Assembly (NCBI GenBank): GCA_046563655.1
Contig: CM102290.1
Span: 2,170,001-2,234,000 of the forward strand
DNA: 64,000 bases
Direction of reading: 5' to 3'
Origin: Yuukianura sp. NJ FZ-2021
Taxonomy: Eukaryota
Shown here in pieces: positions 38,097-51,597 of the stretch. Each line of letters opens with the position of its first letter. Position 1 is the first letter of the stretch. The position numbers and the translations under genes are program-made. Under the pieces are notes generated by a model. That model was not told the DNA's origin. It made no database searches and was given only the letters and a program-made list of their open reading frames with translations.

Positions 38097-38231
38097 AACA
38101 TGATAGCTCAATGGTTAAAGCTCATTCCGGATTGAGGAGATGTGGGTTCGAGTCCCGCTCGGTTCATTATTTTTTCTATTCGGTCACTCTTTGTCTCTCA
38201 AGCCATGTGAGTCCTGAACCTTATAGTCCAG
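38097..38231 (+). repeat. tRNA-derived repeat (SINE-like or pseudo-tRNA), copy 2
   Basis: TAGCTCAATGGTTAAAGC A-box, GTGGGTTCGAGTCCCGC T-arm/B-box, T-run, then ATGTGAGTCCTGAACCTTATAGTCCAG. Acceptor stem mismatched and anticodon arm irregular. Confidence 0.7.
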
Positions 38232-41200
38232 AACGTCTTTTGTTCAACTCCAAGCAGAGGACCATTCATTGTCCACTGCAACTATGGACCGTGTGGGCTC
38301 ACAAGGAGACGACGAGGTTCATCGTAATTATTTTCTAGTAGGATTTGATCTCTAGAGAGGCAGAGAGGGTTCTGAGAGTTGCCAAAAATGAGTTTCTGAA
38401 TAAAAAGTTAAGGAAAGGGCGAAAGCAGAGCGAGAGGCTGAATGGCAACAAAAGCCGAGTCGGAGAAAGTATGATGAGAGTTCGATCCTCGCAACTTCCA
38501 ATTTTCTTTTGTAACCCTAGGATTGAGGGCACAAAATGGAGAAAGCACCCTCTCCTCTCAAAAAGGACTATGGGATCCGACATGGTCTCAAATCCAATGA
38601 AATCTTGTACTTTCTCCATTATCCTTACAGTCTCTGACATGAATTGGTCCTTCAGAAGACTAAAAACACAAGCCTATAGGACTATTCTTCATACTTTTCT
38701 CCGATAAAGTAATTGACCTCGTTTGACCCTTCAGTGGATTACTCGATGGATTCAAAAATTTGACCCAATTTTGGACAGGAATTAAGCTATTCTTCTTTTC
38801 TTACTTTTTTTTCGAAAAGTTCAACACTTGGGAAAAGTTTCAATTGGTTCTCCATGAAAATTGAAAAGAAAATATTTTTTTTGGATATGAATGGAAAATT
38901 TGGGTGATGACGGTTTGGGTTTTCAGAGAAAGTTTGGGAATGGATGTTTTCAAAAAAAATGAAAGTGGACTAAGAGTTTTTTTTTTTGAGTTGTCAAACT
39001 GTGCGATGAGAGATATTGATGATGCTGATGTTTTTTTCTTTTTTGAAAAACATTTTTTTTTGTATAAATGCTGTTGTTGAAGATTGGTGTAGAATTTTTT
39101 TGATTTTTTTTTTAAAATCGTTCTTGGAAATTCGTCACAAAAGAAATTTGTAACAGTTTACAAAAGCATTGTGGCATGATTTAAAAAAAAAGTGTTCTTG
39201 TGCCAGGAACTTTCAAAAAGATTAGCTTTTTCTTGGATGACAACAATGGGAAAGTTCAGGAACACATTTTTTTCGTCAATGCCTCAACGTGTTTTCACAT
39301 TTTGTAAGACTTATTTTTCCGGTTTTCGTGCAAAAGAAACTTTCGAACAGTAATCTTTGTCAACCCGTTTTGAGACGAAACCTGTTAGAATCTCTTAAAC
39401 TTTAAACTTTCCCTCTTTTCCATAATGCATTATGCAACAAAGATTTTCAAGCTGGTATGCCAGTTCTAGGAACATTTTGAACCTCGGAAGCAGCTTTCCA
39501 TACTTTTGCGGTGGGAGTACTACTTATGTGGAATTTTTGAAAAAAGAATTTGAATATGATTTTTGTTTTTATTAAAATAAGTGAATTTGCGACTTAAAAT
39601 TGAGATGTTAGTTTCATTTTCGAATTTTAAGTGAAATTTCTTATGAGGTTTGGGAACTTTTTGGGTTATCGATCATGCTGAACCTAATGTATAACGTACA
39701 TATAAGGTAATGCTGTGTGTAACCTAGAACAGGATGCGTGACCTTTTTCCTGGGGCAACGTGAGACTGAACTTGACAGGTCAACGCGGGAGTGATAGTTT
39801 TGAGGAAGACAGTGAAAGTGAGACGCTCAAAAACCCATCATCACTCTTCACATAATGGAAGTCATGTTGGCCCCTTGTGGAAGGTTAGGTTAAACTAACC
39901 TAAAGTAAATTTAACTTAGATCGCTTAGACTTTGGGCATTTTAGCTTTGAGCTTTTCCGTTTTCTCCGCTGCCACCGCAGCGGTCATCACCGTCTCAGAT
40001 GACATCCGGAAAATGATAACTGGGGTGCTCTGAAGTATGCGGTAATGTTCACAACAAATTTGAGTGGCGCCAAGACAAAGGAAAAGTAGGTCACTTCAGG
40101 TTCACCCGCCAAAAAAAACTGTTTGGATTTTCCTCATTTTGTGTCTATTTAGAACCGTTAATGGACTTGCCGCTCGAAGTTGTCTCCAAAATACAAAGTT
40201 TTGGAGGGTTGAAAAGGAAATTCTTCTTTGCCGGTGGGAATTGTTTGAATCTTTGGTGTGTCAATAAAATAGGGTTCCTGTTTTCCCGTGTCTTATACTC
40301 CAGGGACACTGACAGATCACTGTGCATAGTTGGGCACGGGGATCAGTGTCGGGAAATTTATGTGTTCTCCGTGGAAGGGGTCACTCCCTTTGAGGAATAC
40401 GGCAGGAAGGGCCTCATTCATTTGAAAGTTGGAGAAAACTCCGATTCTGGGAAATAGAAAGAAATGGGCATCACGGGACACTGGCAACTTTTTCGTTTGC
40501 TTTTCCCGGTTTTTCTTTTAAAAGAACTTTCAGTGGGAAGGAAGCAGACGATTTTTGAGACTTGTCCTTTGCTGCTGCTTGAACGTATTCTGGTTTTATT
40601 CAAATGTGGGCGCCCGGAACTTTCTTTTCCAACGGTAGCAAAGTTTGTTCGGGTTGCGCTCAAACGAAAAGTTAATGTGGAAAATTTACGGAAGTGAAGG
40701 CGGGAGGGTTTTTTTTATGTTCATTATTTTAGAGCACACGGTACTTTTTGTTGTTTTTGAAAATTCCCTGCATTCCGACAATTTGAAAATGAAGTTGATT
40801 TTGGATAAAATTCGGCTAGGTCAATGACATTTGCCAGAAACAGTTTTCATCGGCGGTACTTTTTGATTCAAACGTAGTTTTTTGTTATCGAATTTATTTT
40901 TAATATGGTTAGAAAATATGTGGCAGTGTGGTCCAGAAAATACCGCCAAATTTTACAATTTTGTTTGCCACCTTTAATTAATTTTTTGTTATAAAAATAG
41001 CAACGAAAGATATTTTTTTTGGTTTCTGAATTAGTAGGGAAATGTTTTTTTTTTTTGAAATTTTGAAATTTGCGCTATAATCACTTTTAAAATTTTTGCA
41101 CAAGGAGCCTGACCATTGACGGATCTTAAGAAACTTCTCAAAATGAAGCTGAGCTGTTCGGCGTACCAAGCTGGAAGCTGTTCCTACGCTCAAAAAATTT

Positions 41201-41822
41201 TGAGTGGTCATACGCATGTTCAAAATTATGGAGCAACAAGTTCAACAGCCAATCCCACTGGAGAGTCAACTCATGGACTCACTATGCCTTCCTGGAAGGT
41301 AAGTTTGAATTTTTACTTTGCCTTTTAGAATTTAGAACAGGTTTTATGAAAGTCTAGAATTTGGCCGGAGAAAATTTAAATTTTGAAACAAATTCTGGTT
41401 AACGGAGTTGCGATCCTGTAAGTTAACAAACTCATTTCCGGTTTAAATGTCCTTTCTAGCCGGAAATTTGTAGCAGCATGTAAAGCTGTTTTCTTTTTTT
41501 GGAGAACTTGTAGTTGGGCGGAAGTTTTGAATGAACTTTTCCCTGTGCTATTTTTGTTTATGAAAGTGGGATATTTGTAATTAACTCACGTAAATTGAAC
41601 ATTGAGTAGCAGAAGTGAATTATTCAGTCTCTCTGGGGAGTTAGGAGCAGTGATTGATCATAGGAACTAGATAGGAAAGGTGTAGGCGACACATCTTCCT
41701 GTGCCGTGGCGGTTCTTTTCAAAAAGAGAGTTCTTGAAAGTGACAAATTTCTCATTTGTCGAGTATGACTTTAATGGTTTTTGGCATTAGAGATGCAAGG
41801 TACTAAAAAAGGATTTTTATTT

Positions 41823-42255
41823 TTATTAAGTAGCGAAAGCCACTTTATGCATCGACTTTGACTGTCTCTCTGTCTGGGCGCTGGCGGCAATTATTTTGGA
41901 AATGGCTCAACATTTCCGGGTGACCTGTTGGTGTTCACTATTGAATATCATCTCGGTGGGTCAACTTTGTCCAGGTCAAAGGTCAAGGTCTACCAGTTGT
42001 AAACCCGCTTAACTTAAAAAATGACATGTGAAAAGGTTGCTCTTATCGAGGGAAACAGGTTGTGTGTACAGAATTTATATTTTTCTGTTTTTTCAAGTGA
42101 CCTCATTCCTGGTCAAACGCCAATTTTTTTCATTGTACCTTTTATCACCATAGTGCGTTATACTACATCATGGTTTGCCCTCGTGAGCAGCCGTTTGCGA
42201 ATGCAGCGCCATTTTTCGCTACTTTTGTAAACTCCAGTTTACGACCGGTTTATTT
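41823..42255 (+). mobile_element. DINE-1/HINE-like non-autonomous Helentron (copy 4)
   Basis: TTATTAAGTAGCGAAAGCCACTTT, degenerate GTCT repeat, 3' subTIR TTTTCGCTACTT, GTAAACT-CC-AGTTTAC hairpin, TTTATTT end. Confidence 0.8.
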
Positions 42256-45200
42256 CAAACATTTATGAAGCATGTCGTGTTTTTTTGTTTTTAATTTTTG
42301 GAAATTAATGGAAATTAATATTTCAAAATATTGCAAAAAATTTATAAAAAAAGAAAGGGAGTTCTTTTATTTGACGTTGGTTGACTCGTTTAAGCGGACA
42401 CATTATACGTAGAAGATGAATGAAGTTTTAGTGGGAAATTTGAATGTTGAATACGTTTTAGTGGACAATGAATGTATGGCGTCGCTTCCTCTAAATTTCC
42501 GCCTTTCCGTTTCTGTCTTCATCTCAATTGTCAAGCGTCTCAATTTTAACGTTGACTCTGTCACTTTTAAGCTAAAAAGACTTCATTCGGTCGGATCCAC
42601 TGCGGAAAAAAGTTTTTGAAGGTGATGGATTGAAGTCTTAAGAAAAAAAAGTATCACTAAACAGAGAAAAAGCTTTCTCTTTTTTATGCTCGAAGGAAAT
42701 CTTCTGGGAGTGGAAGATGTTGAGTACCGCAAATCTTCGGATAAGAGGCTCAATGTTGTATTTGTTGAGTGGGAGTTTGGAGTTACTTTGTATTTAGTAG
42801 AAGATGATATGATTCTAACTCTTACATTTTTTGGAGGTTTGCGTTATTTTTGTTATTATAACAGATGAGACATATAATAGAAGTCGATAGTGATGGTTTT
42901 AGTGCTGTAGAGGGAAGTAACTTTTTCAGCTCCTGAGAGGTAATCACTATAAGTGAAATTGTAAATTGTTTGAATGTCATTTGCGTAATGTACGAAAGTT
43001 GAACGCACTTTCGGATTTTATTTTCGGGAAAATTGGTTCTGAGGAACTTTTTCTTTGAATTACTACTATATTTCAGTCTTTTCAGTGGTTTGCCAATTTC
43101 AATTGACAGTTTGCGCAACAAAATTTCATAACAAAAGTTTTTGATTTACGAAAGGTTAAAGTTATTTAACGAAGACAAAATTTCACAAAAAATAACGTTG
43201 CATTTAAAAAAAATACTCTGCTGTTATAGTGGAAGCCTTAATGAAATTATACTTTCCATTAAGGCAAATTAAGCCTCTGGAAAATATTTACTGCAATAGA
43301 AAGCAGGCACGAAAACAGGAAATTAAAAATGTCTATTTTTATACCTAAACGCTCCAGCTTCTTGCGTTTGATCGTGACCTTTTGGTGACTTAGTTAAAAA
43401 AGGATGTTTTTTTAAGTCGTCGCTATCTGCAAGTTTTAGTAGAAATGTGACACAAATCGGAAATGAACAGCGGAAGTTTGGTTTCGGTTCATATTGAATT
43501 CTAAATGGAGAGAAGAAAGTGGAAGGGGGAGGGCAGGGGGTGGGCACTCCAGAATTCCGCAACTGTGAAATCCGCAAAGTAAAAGATCAAAGGGAAAAAG
43601 GAAAGCTGAAGTGGAAAGCTTAGGGTTAGAATAACTTGAACATACCATTTGAACTCAGCAGTTGGAAAGCTGTGTGGCTAGCTGCGAAAGCTACTTCTTC
43701 TTTTTTAGAACTTTTAGGGAAGAATGATCATGTCCAAAACGGAGACATGAAGCATTCGTATTTAAAGGAAATTTTTGGAGTGAAAAAAGACGGAGAATGT
43801 AAAAATCCACTTGCAGTTGAACTATTCTTTTCCTAGTTTCTGGTTGAGTGCGTCCGTTGTCTGAAGTAATTCTTCTGAAAATGTTCTAATTTTTTAAGAG
43901 CCTGGAAAAAACGGGATTTTTTTTGTTTCAATTCTTTTCGGTGTGAAGAAACTAGCGGATCGGTGTACTAAAAGTTCAAGTGGGGAAAAAACGGTAAAGT
44001 TTTTGTCGTTTGCCGGTTGAAGAAATTCTATGGTTTTTTGTGGGTTTTAGAATTTGAAGAATTCTTTTAAACTTGTGCGAAGAAAAGGAAATACTTTTTG
44101 TTTTTTTAAAGGTTTAGATTAAGCGTTTTCGGGATTTTCTTTTTTTTTTGCAGAAAAGTGTTTTTGAAAAATTTGTGTCAAAAGTGAAGGCGAACGTGGA
44201 GAAAGGAAGACACTAATGCCATCATGTGCTGAAGCGGAAATTGGAATGGGTGCACTGCTGTTGTTGGTTTGATGTATGGTTTGAATTTAGCTGAGAATTC
44301 AGAGAAAGCGACTTCACCCGAGTAGCTCCGATGGCTTTCTCCGACCATGTGTTTCACAAAAGAGTTAATAGAGGCCTTGGTCTACTTCAATTTCCGCACT
44401 AAACTATGCTTTTTGAAAAAAAAAATTAAAAAACCCAACGTATTTTTGATTCCACCTTCAACATTTGAATCTCGACGTAGACCAGTTATCTAAACCTAAA
44501 AATTATTTATGACCTTGTTTTGTCAGGAGCACTTTCACTTTTTTTGGTTTTCTGTTATATTGGTCTTTTGTACAGTTTTTGTTGTTATAATTTGAATCTT
44601 GTTAGAATTGATAGCATTTTTGTCTTCTTTGTTTCCGAGCACGGTTTTGAAAATGATAGAATATTTTTTGTCATACTTTTTCATTTTGCTGAAATGTGAT
44701 TTTTTTGGAAAGCTTTTTTTACTTCTTTTTTTATTTTCTCCGCCCTTTTTAACTCTTAAGAATTAAATGATGTTTTTTCGTCTTTGTTTAAAAATGAATA
44801 GGACGGAAGTTAACAATAGAAGTCAAAACGTTAGCAATTGAGTAAGCGGTTTTTATAAGAGTTCAAAAACCGGAATGAAACTGAATTCCGGAACTCCTTA
44901 GATTTTTGTAGTTTTGGAAGAATGTTGAGGCGGGAATGGAGACTTGGAGCGGATGCGTAGCAGAGTAATTGGATTTCGAGATTGGAATCAGTTCCGGTTT
45001 TAATTCTGAACACGACTTCCTTCCGTCGTCCAATATTCCACTTGATTAGAAGCTCCTCCGATTTACTACTGGCGGTTTTTCTCAAAATCTCCCGCGTTGA
45101 GAATCTCCAATTTCTGGAAAAGAAGATGAGTTGTTGGGCTTTATGCTCAAACCGCAATGTTCTACGTGAAGTTGTGAAGTTAGAATGGAGAATTCTAACA

Positions 45201-48200
45201 TAGCATTGCAAACACTGGACATGACTTAGTCAGCAGACTTGAGAAAAAATAGTTACTCCTGCCGTGACTTTCATTAAAATCGGTGCGAAAATTTGTCTAC
45301 AAAAAATAAGTTTGTAATTTGTGGATATTTTGTTATTACAAAAGCTTTAAGAAGTTAGTTTTTGATTTCGTGCAAAGTCTGTTCTGATTTTGTAGCAACG
45401 TGTTTCGGAAGCTTCTGCTCTTCAAATTTTTTTGAGAAGAAAGTATATAGGACGTGTTAAGGTCAGGAAGAGAGAAATGTTTCCTAATTGCGGCAACTAA
45501 TGAAGGTTATGGAGTCAATGATTGTTTCATTGCTCCTTTGGCTCTGTAGTTTCTGTTTTCTCCAGTTTCTTGTTAAGTTTTTTTCTAGTTTCGTGTTAAG
45601 TCTAGACATTTTGAGTTTGTTGTTATTAGACACATTAATTTCTCCTACGTTTGAGTTTGCACTTTCACATTAAGGGTTGAGTTATTGTGCTCCTGGAGTG
45701 TGGGCCATTTGTCCAGGGAGCAGAGGCACGTAGGAGTGTAATGTGTGGCCATCCGCATTATTCATTGAGTGCTCGTATTTTGAGGAAGGATGAGCATGGA
45801 GGTCAGAGTGGGTGGTTCCCAAACCAAAATTTTGGTAGAAAATAAAATAGAAACAGAACGAATACGTAGGCCATAAAATCCCGGTACTAAAAACTCTCGC
45901 CTGCTGCTTTCCTCCTGCTGTTCCTAAATTTCTAAACTATTCAAACGTGGTTTTTCCCATAGGAATTGTGGGTTGAGACACTCAAAGTCTCCAATTGATT
46001 GGTCGGGTCTTCAATTTCAAGCTCTTCAAAAAAGTACGCAAAAAGAAAGGAGAAACAAAAACAAGTGAAAGTAAAGTGAAAGCGACAGGAAATAGCGTTT
46101 TTGAAATTTTGAAGCAAAGTTGTGCTTAACACACTTTTTGTTTTTTTTTCCTATAGAGTTCTAACTTTTTTTTGTGATTTGATATTATGGCGCGTGGTTT
46201 GTAAACTAAAGGGAGACTAAGAACCTAAAATATGAAAAATTGAACATAAAGTTTGAATGGAATTTTGGTTTTTGTGAAAAATTGATATTAATTTGAGTGG
46301 GAGAGGGAAGATGATTCTTGGGTAATAAAATGACTTATGGAGAAAGGTGTGTCTGTAGGTTTCCCATAAATCAATATGTGTTATCCCACTTCTTCTGAAT
46401 TTACTTTCTTTCTGCCCTCATCGTTGTCCGTATTGATTTCAAATGGCTTTCCTTCCTTCATAATTATTGGAAGAAAATAGTAGGTCCAATTCAACTTACA
46501 CAAAATATACTCCAATATCCATTTCTCCTACACGCCTAGTTCTATTTTTTTGGCACAAAATCAATTTTTTTTTGCCCAAATTCTCCAAAATCACTTTGTT
46601 TTATAAATACATCGTTATTTCTGTGTTGGGCGATGTGAAGAGAAAAGTTGACATTTGACATAAAGAAGTACAATATTGTGGTCAATGCATAATGCAAAAA
46701 AAATGGATTAACGATTATACGAATTATACAAAATTAACAAGGTTTTTGTTTGGAGTGGGATAGGCTAAGCGAAACTTTTCGATAAACTATTTTTGGAAAT
46801 CGGAATTTGGAATTTTTCGGATGCTCTAAAACCGAGTTTTAACAAAAAAATTATAACGAACGGTTTTATTTTTTTCCTGCTTTCACTTTTTGTTGTTCAC
46901 GTTTAGTCTCTCTCTTTTTGTTGGGTTCAGTTTTTTTTTCCTCAAATATGTTATGCGGGAAGTGTTTGATGGTTTCTTGGGATTAGTTTTCGGAAGTTTA
47001 ATGTATTCACAGCAGGACGGGGTATCACGATAGCATCCATCTCCTTCCCTGTCAATTCTAATAGCAAAAGTGACAACAAAACCCGCTCATTTTGAAACGT
47101 TTGAATAAAGTGAGTCGAGCCGAATATAATATTTTAGTAGGTTGGAATCTAAATGCTCTTGATCGTGTCAGAATGCTACATTTATGAAGTCGAAACTTGA
47201 AAATGCGAGTATGACAAGTAGAAAATTGAGGAAAATGGGGATACATTTCTTTGAGTTTATCTCGTGTATGTCACTTGAACAAAATATCTGGAGTGTCTAT
47301 TATCCTTCCATTAGAGGAAAGTAGATTAGGTGGAAGCAGAGAGGGGGTGATGGACTGAGGGGATGGCGAAAGAGAGGGGGCGAGTGGCGAAAGCGGGAAG
47401 ATAAGGAATTGCTTTCTCTACAAAGTTTTGGAAATAAATCTTGGAGGAGCACGAAGGAAAGTGTGGTACTTCGTTCTATTTTGAAAGTGGCGGGTGTTCT
47501 TGTCTGCTGTAGAGGTTTCAGTATTCTGTTCCTGAAATAAACTGACTCAAATGGAAACATAATAGATTAATATGCGACATAGGGTAGGTCGGTTGGGCAG
47601 GTAAGGTCGATTATACTATGTTAGTTGCCAACTTTGGAGAAAGTGCGCCACAATAGTGTAGTATGCTTTTCCATATTGAGCTGATTTAATGTAGTCGAAA
47701 CCCTTATGACTTTGTGGATCGTAATGACCTTCCTTGGTCATAATTTACGTTTTGGGAGAAAATGATCTTCTTCTCGCCCTCGCTTCTGGAACAAATTTTA
47801 AGTTTACGCGCCGAAAGTTGAGAGAAAACGATGAGAATCCTGAGCTGCATTTCTCTTGTTGAGTAGCTTAGTTTTCCTATGGTTTTTGGCAAAGAAAACA
47901 ACTTTTCTTTTTTGGAAATTAGTGTTAAGACCATGAACAGAAAAATTGAATTTGGCTCAAGCTTTGAAAATCAGTTTACATAAAAATACAGCCACGAGTT
48001 TTTGCGGAATTTGTAAACATTTTTTCCATATTTTGAAAGAAAAAGTGTAAGTAAGGAATGAAAAATGAGCGAAATTAGTTATGAACAAAAAGCATGGGAG
48101 TGAATAAGGACAAGAAGGAAAATGTCAAAGGGCGCCAGTAGAGATACGTCATTTCGGATCATTAATCTTTGTCAGTTTTTTTTTTTGTTCTGAAACAATC

Positions 48201-51200
48201 AGAGGCCGATCTTTTGTTTTCTTTTTGTTGAAAGTGTCTCCAAATTCTAAAAAAGTGGGTCATCAGATCAGATTAGACGAAATCTGTTTCCTAGGCACTC
48301 CAAAAGTGTGTAATTAAAACACGTTCTACCGTGTCTTAATTGTGACATCTCGTGAAACATGAGACGTAAATTGTAAACCCAAAACGTTTAAACGTGGAAA
48401 CTTAAATCGTAAAACGTGAAACCTAAACTGATCAAAGCAGAAAACATGTAGCGAAACCTGACACGTTTTTTGGGGTTTAAAAAGAAACGTTTTTGTCACA
48501 GTAGAAAGTATTTGAGCGTGAAATACGAATTCCCGCTCAAATTTTCAATTCTTTCGCCGTACAAATGATCTTATCAAACACAGTGTTAATTTTTAAATTC
48601 TTATTAAGTTGTCGTGTGTGCGTGAAATGCTTAAGGAATTGAGTTTTTCACACGCTGCGTTCCAAATAGTGGCGAACATGCACTAACTCTTACACACGGA
48701 TGAGTAGTATTTGTCTTGAAAGTTTCTTTTCATCTGTTTTTTTTCCTTTAGAAATGCTAGGATAGGGAGAAAGTGAGCTTCATTTGGTAAAAAAAAGTCA
48801 TGAGGGAGCAATCGTAAAGAAAAGCGTGGTTAGCTTGATCTGTTTTGACCTCTAAAAGTTTTGTGCTGGTAACTGTCATTCTAAAAGGCAAAAAAAAAAG
48901 TTTTGAAGTGCGAAGGGGAATTGGAAGAAAAGATGAAAGTTTTGACAACTGTTTTTTTTTAAATTTGTGTAATAGAGGTTAAAGTTCGTCGGTTTGAAGC
49001 AAAGAAATAATATTTTTGACTTTTGTATATCTTGAAGCTTTCACTTTTTTGTGAAAACATACCCTATTTTCAGTTTTCGATTTTGTGGATCTGTTCAATC
49101 TAAAAATTTAAATTTTGGTGCCATTTTACTGGCGACAGGAACATTACAGTCGGAATCAGTTTTATTGAGTGAGTTTGAAAGTGAATGTGAGAAAAACATA
49201 GCTTGGCTGTTTTGGGGGAAATCTTTCTACCTTTCAACAACGTCTGCGCCAGTTTGAAAACTCTTTTTTTTTTCAAGATTTGGAAAAAAAAAATCAAGCA
49301 AAAGCAAGTATAAAGCTTCTGGAAAATTTGGTTTGGAATTGTTAGTTTTTGGATTTCTTGGGCCTTTGCGGCTTTTGTTTGCTGATGAAGATCTATTGTC
49401 TTTTGAAGTTCCTTTGAAAGTCTTTTAATCAACTAGAAATCAATGGAGCAGATAAATACAACTTCAAAGTCTTTTTGGAAATACTACCAGAGTAGTAGTG
49501 GATCCAAATTTAAGTGTATGGGATTTGGAAAAAAGGAAATGGAGAGTCAGTTGACCACTCACGCAGTGACACTTTGTCTCTTAGCAGCCTTTCCAATAAT
49601 GTCCAAATTCAATTCCAAACTGTCCATTTCCTACTTTCTGTCAAGAACACTTTCACCACAGTCACAGCAACAAAAAAAGTACTGCCAAGCACTCCAACAA
49701 ATTTCTACGAATTAAAAAATCTACTTTCTTTTATTTGATGCAATGTATTTCTAGTCGCATTTTTGACTAAAATTTCAAAATTTGGCTAGGCAAGGTTTTT
49801 AGTGTTTAGACCAACGTGTAATTTTCATTTGCATGGACAATTTTTTTGAAATCATTGTAGGTTTTTTGTTTTAGTTACTCTTAAGTTTTTGAAAATTGTT
49901 AGGCATGTTGTCTGTTGTTTGTGAAAAGTTGAATGTAAACTGCTTGAGACGATTGAGTTGAAGCAATTTGGTGAGAGAATGGAGAAAGCTTTTCTGGAAA
50001 TCCACTCCGTTTGTTACTTGAATCTTTGGAACGTAATCCAAAGGTCTAAATTTGTGTTGTCAGAAAAACAGAAATCCCTTGTGTCCTGGCATGAACTTTT
50101 GTGAAACACAGAGTATGCTCATTTGAACTAGGCCGTTTTACGTCAGGTTGGGTTACGTTTTATGTTAAGATGAAGTGCAAAATCCCATCTGAGAGGTTTT
50201 ACTACCTCCAGATCCGACGAGCAGATTAGAGAGAATGGGCCACAAAGAGAAAGTGATAATAATCAAGGAAATCGTGGATTTTCAACAGATGAAACGAATT
50301 GGACCCAAGCCAGATACTTGGAGTGTCTGTTTCCGTTTCTAACCTGGAATTACACAACTTTTTGAAAAGTTCTACAAATTTTGAAATTTTGAAAGAAAAA
50401 CATTTTTGCTTCTGTTCTAAAATTGTTGTTGTTCATGATCAAAAGTTTGTTACTAAGTTTTTACTCGGCTGCCTTGACTAAGAAATTTTAGACAAAAAGT
50501 TCAAATTTTGAGTTAGATAGGATTGCCGTTTGTATTTTTTCCGCGTCTGCGTTTTTTAGGTAAATTTATTTTGTGTCAAGCCATATTTGAATGTTTAGTT
50601 TCTAAGCCAGTGTTTTTACTTGACAGATTTTCAGTTTCTTGTGACATTCTTTTATGTTCATAGTAACCTTGTAGACTTGGGTTCTTTTTGGAGGGACAAA
50701 GATGTTCGTTTTTTGGGAGGCGGTGTCATGTCCATGGGCCTCCAGACCATGACAAACAGAGTGCCAAAATCATGAAATGCAGTGAACCAAATTTATTATG
50801 CTCCTGGAAATTCCTAAATACACGTCCTTATTTATCCTGCTCCCTTTGAATAGCTGTCCAGAATAAAGGCAGAAGTGGGTTATTACTTTGCCTAGGAACG
50901 GAATAGCTCAAAGGCTACAAGCTTCTAGCATCTCAGCATCTCATAACAAGGACGAATGGAACATAAAACTGAGAGTGTGGATTTTGTCAGTACTCTAAAT
51001 GTGAAAACTTTTTTGATTTTTCTGAAGAAAGTAGGTTTTTCCCTTGTGCGGAAGAAGTTTGCCACTAATCAAAGCTCGGCACTTTGCAATCCACGCTCTC
51101 CCGCTCTTTACAACTGCCGAACTCAGCGCTCACAATCGTGCAGTGGAGAAGCGCGACGGGCGAGCAGTTCTTTCTTTCAAGGGACGGGCCTTCTCACCAA

Positions 51201-51409
51201 ATTTGTTTCGAGGGAAACGACTGGGAATGGCTTAAAACTGTAAAAAAATGTAAAATCTACGAAAAAAAAATTTTTTTTTTGAACAACGAAATTGGCAAAC
51301 ATATTTTTTTCCCGTGTCCACTTTCAGAAGCTTTTTTCGCCCTGCAGTAAAGAAAAGTTCAAAAAAGCCGATAAACGTGCAAAGTGGGGACGGGGAGTGT
51401 TCCCTGAGA

Positions 51410-51597
51410 CGGAGCATGCCATTGTATCAACTGAATTCTGTCAACTTGTCAATTGTGTCAACGGTTAATTGTGTGAACGTGTGAAATGCTTAATAATTGA
51501 GCTTCGGTTAAGTTTGGCTAGGTTCGTTGAACGTTGATACAATTCCCGTTGACACAATTCAGTTGATGCAATGGCAGTTGATGCAATTACACTTCCG
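51410..51597. mobile_element. MITE with CAATTG/TCAACTG-rich TIRs (copy 2, no tRNA-like insert)
   Basis: GCCATTGTATCAACTGAATT...AATTCAGTTGATGCAATGGC inverted termini; internal similarity to 31604-31994. Confidence 0.75.

Noticed and set aside
38097..38170. Functional tRNA gene
   Set aside because: Acceptor stem is mismatched and the anticodon arm is irregular (8-nt loop); a diverged second copy shares flanking sequence, so it is treated as a repeat.
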